DNA from: Nitrospiria bacterium
GTDB taxonomy: Bacteria; Nitrospirota; Nitrospiria; SBBL01; JAADHI01
Assembly: GCA_945787655.1 (NCBI GenBank)
Contig: CALZIJ010000003.1
Coordinates: 4,602 to 68,601, forward strand
Length of the DNA: 64,000 bases
Direction of reading: 5' to 3'
How positions within the stretch are numbered: the stretch's first letter is position 1; each line of letters starts with the position of its first letter. The notes below the pieces were generated by a model, which searched no databases, was not told the origin of the DNA, and saw only the letters and a program-made list of their open reading frames with translations. Positions 58,145 to 64,000 of the stretch are shown piece after piece. Both the position numbers and the translations under genes were made by a program.

Positions 58145-58342
58145 TGTTTAATTTTCCCAAAAACAATTTTTTTGGTTTATACTAATAACATCTTTGTACC
58201 TAAGTTTATCAATGATTACCTATGTTGGTGGTTAAAAGTATTGTTCCCCGGTCTAATAGGTTTTAAGCATTTTTCAACAGAAAATACATGCGTTTGTGGT
58301 TTTTGTTTTATGTGAATCTATTTAAGTTTATTTAGGGAACAG

Positions 58343-59422
58343 ATGAAAGCCTTGATTACAGCTGGAGGACGAGGCACTCGACTTCGTCCGATTACACATA
58401 CCAACAATAAACACCTTATCCCCATTTCAAACAAACCCATGATCCAGTATGCCATTGAAGCGGTCGCCGCAGCAGGGATAAAAGAAGTCGGTGTTGTGGT
58501 CAACCCGGAGACGGTCGATGAATTGGAAAAAGCCCTGGGAAATGGTGCAGTCTGGGGTGTGAAGATCTCGTTTATTTTGCAAGAAGAACCCAAGGGCTTG
58601 GCCCATGTCGTCAAGATTGCCCAGGATTTTATAAAGGATGACCCATTCATATTTTATCTGGGGGATAATGTCATTGTCGGTGGGATTGACCGTTTTGTGA
58701 AGGCGTTTCAGCAGGATGCGTCTGATTGCCATCTCGTGTTGTCCAAAGTCAGCGACCCGCACCGCTTTGGCGTGCCGGAAATTAAGGACGGACGGATTAT
58801 CGGCGTTCAGGAAAAACCCAAAAACCCGAGAAGCCCTTATGCGGTGACGGGGATTTATATCTACAATCAACATATCTTTGAAGCGGTTCATGCGATCCAG
58901 CCCAGCGCGAGGGGCGAACTTGAGATCAGCGATGCCCATCAATATTTAATCGATAAAGGCTTTTTGATTAATTATTCGGAAGTGACGGGGTGGTGGAAAG
59001 ATACAGGACAGCCTGAGGATTTGCTGGAAGCGAATCGTTTTGTGCTGGATCAGATTATAGAAAGGCCGCACAGCCAGATGACGGCCGGAGAGGTCGACAG
59101 CCAAAGCGAGCTTTGTGGGAAGGTCATCATTGAGAAAGGGGCGCGGGTGATCAATAGTCAGATCCGCGGACCAGCGATTATTGGTGAAGGCACGCTGATA
59201 GAAAATAGTTATGTCGGGCCCTATACCTCCATCTACCATGACTGTCACATCAAAAACAGTGAATTGGAATACAGCATCATCATGGAACGGTGCAAAATTA
59301 AAGATATTGATATCAGAATTGAAAAAAGTCTGTTGGGACGAGATGTGACTTTTTTGTGTGGAAAATCAAGGCCTCGCACACAGAAATTTGTGGTTGGAGA
59401 TGAAAGCAGAATTGAATTGTAA
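58343..59422 (+). CDS. rmlA: Glucose-1-phosphate thymidylyltransferase, long form with C-terminal left-handed beta-helix
   Basis: ALITAGGRGTRLRPITHTNNKHLIPI nucleotidyltransferase signature and hexapeptide-like C-terminal repeats. Sugar specificity is inferred from the rmlBDC context. Confidence 0.8.
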   Translation: MKALITAGGRGTRLRPITHTNNKHLIPISNKPMIQYAIEAVAAAGIKEVGVVVNPETVDELEKALGNGAVWGVKISFILQEEPKGLAHVVKIAQDFIKDDPFIFYLGDNVIVGGIDRFVKAFQQDASDCHLVLSKVSDPHRFGVPEIKDGRIIGVQEKPKNPRSPYAVTGIYIYNQHIFEAVHAIQPSARGELEISDAHQYLIDKGFLINYSEVTGWWKDTGQPEDLLEANRFVLDQIIERPHSQMTAGEVDSQSELCGKVIIEKGARVINSQIRGPAIIGEGTLIENSYVGPYTSIYHDCHIKNSELEYSIIMERCKIKDIDIRIEKSLLGRDVTFLCGKSRPRTQKFVVGDESRIEL

Positions 59423-59507
59423 AAAACTTTCTGGCCTTATTTCCGTGAGGGGACTGCTGCTTTAAGGATGTCTTTCGCTTTATGACTAAAATTGGATTTA
59501 TAGCCGT

Positions 59508-60512
59508 ATGAATATTTTAGTGACTGGTGGTGCAGGGTTTATTGGCAGTAACTTTGTCCGATACTTTTTGGAAAAATATCCTGCCTATTCCATCATTAAT
59601 CTGGATAAATTGACCTATGCTGGAAACCTCGAAAACCTGAGTGATTTGCAAGGCGAACCCAGGCACCGGTTTGTTTGTGGTGATATCGGGGATTCGGATC
59701 TTGTCACCCAGCTTTCTGAAGAGTGTGACGCCATTATTCATTTCGCCGCGGAAACACATGTGGATCGTTCGATTGTTGATCCAGAGGCCTTTATTCAAAC
59801 CAATGTGCTGGGCACTCATGTATTGCTTGAAGCTTCACGCAAACACGCTCACCGCCTTTTTTTGCATATTTCCACTGATGAAGTCTATGGAAGTTGTCCC
59901 GAAGGGGATTTTACTGAGGACGATAGACTCAACCCAAGCAGCCCGTATTCTGCGAGCAAGGCCGGCTCGGACCTGCTCGTCGCCTCATATCATAAAACCT
60001 ATGGATTACCGGCGATAATTACACGCTGCTCCAACAATTACGGCCCGTTCCAGTTTCCTGAAAAACTCATTCCTTTGATGATATCGAATGCCTTGGAAAA
60101 CAAGCCGCTTCCCATTTATGGAGACGGATTAAATATCCGGGACTGGCTTTACGTGCTCGATCATTGCGAAGCCATTGATCGAGTGTTTCATCAGGGGACT
60201 GCGGGAGAGATCTATAATATCGGTGCGGAGGGCGGAAAAACCAATCTGGACATTGTGAAATTTGTTCTCAACACGCTTGAAAAGCCGACCTCTTTAATTC
60301 AGTACGTGAAAGACCGGCCCGCACACGACCGCCGATACGCGGTGAACCCAAAAAAAATCAAAGATGAGTTGGGTTGGCAGCCTCAATATTCAATCGAAAC
60401 CGCGCTCGAGGAAACCATTCAATGGTATTGTCATCATCCGGATTGGTGGAAAAGAATCAAATCGGGTGCGTATCGTCACATGTACGAAAAAATATACGGA
60501 GCATCCTTGTGA
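59508..60512 (+). CDS. rmlB: dTDP-glucose 4,6-dehydratase
   Basis: ILVTGGAGFIGSNF, STDEVYG, YSASKA and RCSNNYGP. Confidence 0.9.
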   Translation: MNILVTGGAGFIGSNFVRYFLEKYPAYSIINLDKLTYAGNLENLSDLQGEPRHRFVCGDIGDSDLVTQLSEECDAIIHFAAETHVDRSIVDPEAFIQTNVLGTHVLLEASRKHAHRLFLHISTDEVYGSCPEGDFTEDDRLNPSSPYSASKAGSDLLVASYHKTYGLPAIITRCSNNYGPFQFPEKLIPLMISNALENKPLPIYGDGLNIRDWLYVLDHCEAIDRVFHQGTAGEIYNIGAEGGKTNLDIVKFVLNTLEKPTSLIQYVKDRPAHDRRYAVNPKKIKDELGWQPQYSIETALEETIQWYCHHPDWWKRIKSGAYRHMYEKIYGASL

Positions 60513-61354
60513 AGGTTTTACTCACCGGCGCAAAAGGGATGCTGGCCGGCGCGTTTTTAAAAATGGCCCCGCAAAACTGGAACCTTTTACCCGTAGACAT
60601 TGATGATCTGGATATCACCGATGTCGATTCCGTTGAAAAAATCGTTTCATCATTTAAGCCGGAATTCATTATAAATTGTGCGGCCTTTACGCAAGTTGAT
60701 GTGTGTGAGGAGAAAAAAGATCATGCCTTTTTAGTGAATGGCGCCGGCCCGGGTTATCTTGCCCAGGCGGCGCGTAATGCAGAGGCTTTTATGATCCATT
60801 TTAGTACGGACTATGTTTTTGATGGGTTCTCAAAAGCGCCATACCTTGAAGAGGACCCCATTCATCCCGTTAATGTTTATGGAGAATCGAAGTGGGAAGG
60901 GGAGTGTCAAATTAGAAAACAGATCGGTCAGCACTTGATTCTTCGAACCCAGTGGCTCTATGGCGATGGGGGAAACCATTTTGTAAAAACAGTATTGAGG
61001 CTGGCCGATAAGAACCCGGTACTCAAGATGGTGCATGATCAGGTGGGCTCGCCCACGTGGACAGAAGATCTCTGCCGCGCTACATTGGCATTGTTGGAAA
61101 AAAACGCGGTGGGAACGTTTCATCTCGCCAACCGAGGGTATTGCAGCTGGTTTACATTTGCCAGTAAAATTGTTCAGGAAGCCGGGCTGTCTGTTGATTT
61201 GGTTCCCTGCAGCAGTGAGGATTTTCCCCGTGCCGCCCGGCGGCCGGCCTATTCTGTCCTTTCAACAGAAAAGGCGGAGAAAATATTAGGTGAATCCCTT
61301 CCTTCTTGGGAAGCAGGATTAAAACAGTTTATTTCAGAAACACAGGAGTGTTGA
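60509..61354 (+). CDS. rmlD: dTDP-4-dehydrorhamnose reductase
   Basis: VLLTGAKGMLAG, INCAAFTQVD, STDYVFDG and YGESK. The GTG start overlaps the rmlB stop (GTGA). The ORF-track 5' extension from 60374 overlaps rmlB and is rejected. Confidence 0.85.
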   Translation: MKVLLTGAKGMLAGAFLKMAPQNWNLLPVDIDDLDITDVDSVEKIVSSFKPEFIINCAAFTQVDVCEEKKDHAFLVNGAGPGYLAQAARNAEAFMIHFSTDYVFDGFSKAPYLEEDPIHPVNVYGESKWEGECQIRKQIGQHLILRTQWLYGDGGNHFVKTVLRLADKNPVLKMVHDQVGSPTWTEDLCRATLALLEKNAVGTFHLANRGYCSWFTFASKIVQEAGLSVDLVPCSSEDFPRAARRPAYSVLSTEKAEKILGESLPSWEAGLKQFISETQEC

Positions 61355-61836
61355 TGTTTAAAAAAGGCGAAATCATCGGAGCCCAAATTCGGCCGATCAA
61401 AAAATATGTAGATGAGCGGGGGTGGCTTGCTGAGCTTTTCAGGGAGGATGAGGTTGAAAAATCGGTTTTCCCGGTGATGTCGTATATTTCTCTCACTCGA
61501 CCCGGCGTGGTTCGGGGGCCACATGAACATGTGGCTCAAACAGACTATTTTTGTTTTATTGGTCCTTCCAATTTTAAAGTCACACTTTGGGATAATCGGG
61601 AAAAGAGCCCGACATTCCAGAATAAAGTACAAATTGTCGTGGGAGAAGATTCGCCTGCCATCGTCATTGTGCCTGAAGGAGTGGTCCATGCTTATCAAAA
61701 CGTAGGTGGAAAAGACGGCGTCGTTATTAATTGTCCCAACCAGCTTTTTATGGGGCGCGGGAAGAAAGAAGCGATCGACGAAATACGACACGAGGATGAT
61801 CCCAAATCACCGTATGTGGTGGATCTAGGTTCATAG
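61354..61836 (+). CDS. rmlC: dTDP-4-dehydrorhamnose 3,5-epimerase-like cupin (short form)
   Basis: DERGWLAELF, VRGPHEH and PEGVVHAY cupin motifs. AGGAG lies upstream and the ATG shares 1 nt with the rmlD TGA. Confidence 0.75.
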   Translation: MFKKGEIIGAQIRPIKKYVDERGWLAELFREDEVEKSVFPVMSYISLTRPGVVRGPHEHVAQTDYFCFIGPSNFKVTLWDNREKSPTFQNKVQIVVGEDSPAIVIVPEGVVHAYQNVGGKDGVVINCPNQLFMGRGKKEAIDEIRHEDDPKSPYVVDLGS

Positions 61837-61935
61837 ACTCTTTCTGCCCGGTTTTTTTTGTCAATTTAGCTCACTTGGCCAAGACTGCCTGCATCAATAT
61901 TACTTCTTTCATAGAATTGAAATGAGCCGATTTTT

Positions 61936-62757
61936 ATGAATATATCAAATTTATCGATTTCTTTTAGAAACTTCGTTCTTAAACTTATTTGTAATAGATA
62001 CATGATCCGAAGTTTGGTCGTTAGAGATATCCGATCCCGCTATATCGGCTCATTCCTAGGATTATTTTGGTCTTTTATTCACCCAATAACGCAACTATTT
62101 ATTTATTACTTTGTTTTCTCTGTTATTCTGAAAATAAAATTAGGCCCTGAATACGGCGGGACGCATTTCGCCATTTGGTTGCTTGTTGGTTTGCTGCCAT
62201 GGATGTTGTTTTCTGAAGTCGTGTCACGGGGGCCAAATGCCGTTCTGGAACAAGCAAACCTAATCAAAAAAACGCTTTTCCCTTCTGAAATATTACCGTT
62301 TAGCCATTTAGCGGCCGCGATGATAAATCACCTTATCGCCTTTTTAACTCTCTTGGTATTTATTTTAATCCTTGGAGATCAGATTATGTTAAAAACGGTG
62401 ATCGTCTTATTCTATTTGTTTGCAGTGGGGATCTTCGCGATGGGTCTTTCGTGGATATTATCCGGATTAAATGTCTTTTTGAGGGACATAGGACAAATAG
62501 TCGGGGTGATTATGAATATCTGGTTCTATTTGACACCTGTTATTTATCCATCAAGCTTAATCCCGGAAAAATATCAAACTATTATGAAATTGAACCCGAT
62601 GTTTCATGCTGTAGAAGGTTATCGTATGTCTGTCTGAGGTCATTCCTTTCCAAGTTTGGCAGGTTTTTTTTCTCTCACGGTTTGGGCGATTTCTTTTTTT
62701 ATTTTAGGTGGTTTGCTTTTTAAAAAATTAAAACCCAGCTTCGCTGATGTGATTTAA
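61936..62757 (+). pseudogene. wzm: ABC-2 type polysaccharide export permease (Wzm/TagG-like) interrupted by an in-frame TGA at 62635-62637
   Basis: ABC-2 permease features are present (RDIRSRYIGSFLGLFWSFIHP...). After the TGA the same frame continues GHSFPSLAGFFSLTVWAISFFILGGLLFKKLKPSFADVI-TAA. That is the expected last TM helix, ending 2 nt before the wzt ATG. Confidence 0.7.
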
Positions 62758-62759
62758 TT

Positions 62760-63959
62760 ATGGTAACGATTTCAGTTGACAATCTGACGAAAATTTACCG
62801 TCTGTATGATTCCCCAAAAAAGAGATTACGAGAATTGTTGAGTATTTCTGGTAAACGATATCATAGAGAATTTAAAGCTCTAAATGGTGTGACCTTTAAA
62901 GTTGAAAAAGGGCAAACATGTGGAATCATTGGTCAGAATGGAAGTGGTAAGAGTACCTTACTTCAGATTATTTGTGGTGTGGTCCAGCCGACGAAAGGCT
63001 CCGTGAATGTTCATGGGCGTATTTCAGCTCTTTTAGAGTTAGGGGCAGGTTTTAATCCCGAGTTCTCTGGGAGGGAAAATGTTTATATGAATGGTGCTTT
63101 AATGGGGTTTACCAAAGAAGAAATTAAAGCGAGGATGCCTGATATTGAGGCTTTTGCAGAAATTGCAGAGTTTATCGACCTTCCTGTAAAGACATATTCA
63201 AGTGGTATGTACGTTCGTCTTGCTTTTGCAGCCGCGATTAACGTAGATCCTGATATACTGATCGTTGATGAAGCCTTGGCAGTTGGAGATATGAAGTTTC
63301 AAATAAAATGTATTGAGAAGATGAAACAATTAAAAAAGCTTGGAAAAACAATTATTTTTGTGACCCACGATGTATATTCTGTTCGCAATTTTTGTACTCA
63401 GGCGATATGGTTGAGCGATGGAAGGATAAAACTTTCCGGGGATGTTTTGACCGTCACAGATGCTTACTCTGATTTTATGAAGATTGAGAGGAATGTCAAT
63501 GAAAAAGCCCCCCAAATCCTCTTGAAAAGTAACAATGTTTTATTAATTAAAAAAATTTGTGTGGTTAATGAGGGTTTAAATGAAGTAAAAGAACTGGAGG
63601 CTGGAACGCCTTTTTCCATCCTTGTGGATTACAAATTAAACAAAGATCAGCCGGGCTTAGTCGGGGGGATGGCACTTTATGGAAAAGACAACACTTATGT
63701 TTGTGGTTTAAACACTAAACTTGATGGGTTTTCTCTACCGTGTAAAAAAGGTGAATACAGATTGAAATTAAGTTACACAGAGCCTAGTTTACTCCCAGGA
63801 ACTTATTTTATAGACGTTGGCTTTTTTGAAAGTAGTGGGATTGTTGCTCTTGACTACAAGGCTAAAGTTGATTCCTTTCTAGTGATAAAAAAAGATTATG
63901 ACGCTGAAGGTATTTGTTTATTAAAACACAAATGGGAAATTCATCCTACTTTAATATGA
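62760..63959 (+). CDS. wzt: Polysaccharide ABC transporter ATP-binding protein (Wzt-like) with C-terminal extension
   Basis: Walker A GQNGSGKST, signature YSSGMYVRLAFA, Walker B ILIVDEALAVGD. A ~150-aa C-terminal beta-rich extension resembles Wzt glycan-binding domains. Confidence 0.85.
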   Translation: MVTISVDNLTKIYRLYDSPKKRLRELLSISGKRYHREFKALNGVTFKVEKGQTCGIIGQNGSGKSTLLQIICGVVQPTKGSVNVHGRISALLELGAGFNPEFSGRENVYMNGALMGFTKEEIKARMPDIEAFAEIAEFIDLPVKTYSSGMYVRLAFAAAINVDPDILIVDEALAVGDMKFQIKCIEKMKQLKKLGKTIIFVTHDVYSVRNFCTQAIWLSDGRIKLSGDVLTVTDAYSDFMKIERNVNEKAPQILLKSNNVLLIKKICVVNEGLNEVKELEAGTPFSILVDYKLNKDQPGLVGGMALYGKDNTYVCGLNTKLDGFSLPCKKGEYRLKLSYTEPSLLPGTYFIDVGFFESSGIVALDYKAKVDSFLVIKKDYDAEGICLLKHKWEIHPTLI

Positions 63960-64000
63960 AATACAATATTGAAATCGACATGAATTCTGAAAACTCTGTT
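63956..64000 (+). CDS. 5' end of a further ORF (MKYNIEIDMNSENSV...), truncated by the window edge
   Basis: The ATG overlaps the wzt stop (ATGA at 63956-63959). Only 15 codons are visible. Confidence 0.3.
   Translation, partial: MKYNIEIDMNSENSV

Noticed and set aside
51610-62637. TGA reassignment (genetic code 4 or 25) or selenocysteine as explanation for the two in-frame TGAs
   Set aside because: TGA terminates gltB, ttuA, rmlB, rmlD and wzt at positions fixed by stop-start overlaps. Neither an MCP nor Wzm is a known selenoprotein family, and I saw no SECIS-like hairpin immediately downstream.

Overview
Dense chromosomal segment of about 60 genes from a diderm (Gram-negative-type) bacterium, by eye in the mid-40s %GC. 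The phylum cannot be fixed from sequence alone. I found no rRNA, tRNA, CRISPR array, transposase, integrase or phage hallmark genes. In order, the window holds a Che-like operon (REC tail of a probable hybrid CheA, cheB, cheW, cheR-TPR). It is tail-to-tail with a four-gene DUF4388(PATAN)/GAF/CheY module, my best candidate for an undescribed signalling system. Then come ligA, a geranylgeranyl-reductase-like flavoprotein and a tightly coupled ttuB-like/ttuA-like/trmI tRNA T-loop modification operon. These are followed by a TPR protein, a Lon-like protease with atypical Walker motifs, gltB-gltD, a small SNase-like nuclease and an unknown 353-aa protein. Next are a cadherin-like plus 7-blade FG-GAP lipoprotein, a His-rich Spy/ZraP-like protein, an NhaP-RCK antiporter and an HExxH lipoprotein. 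A near-consensus sigma-54 promoter precedes an EPS priming glycosyltransferase. After that come mgtC, add, a PilZ protein, a small ion-channel cluster (Kv with Zn ribbon, RCK channel, half-size TauE), xthA, folK-folB-SDR, an FHA-EAL protein and a cupredoxin. The window ends with rpmB, recG, ppx and a UXS/rmlABDC/wzm-wzt O-polysaccharide locus. Four reading-frame lesions are visible: in-frame TGA codons in wzm and in an MCP remnant, plus frameshifts in the MCP and in a putative outer-membrane protein. All functional calls rest on motif recognition by eye. No database search was run.
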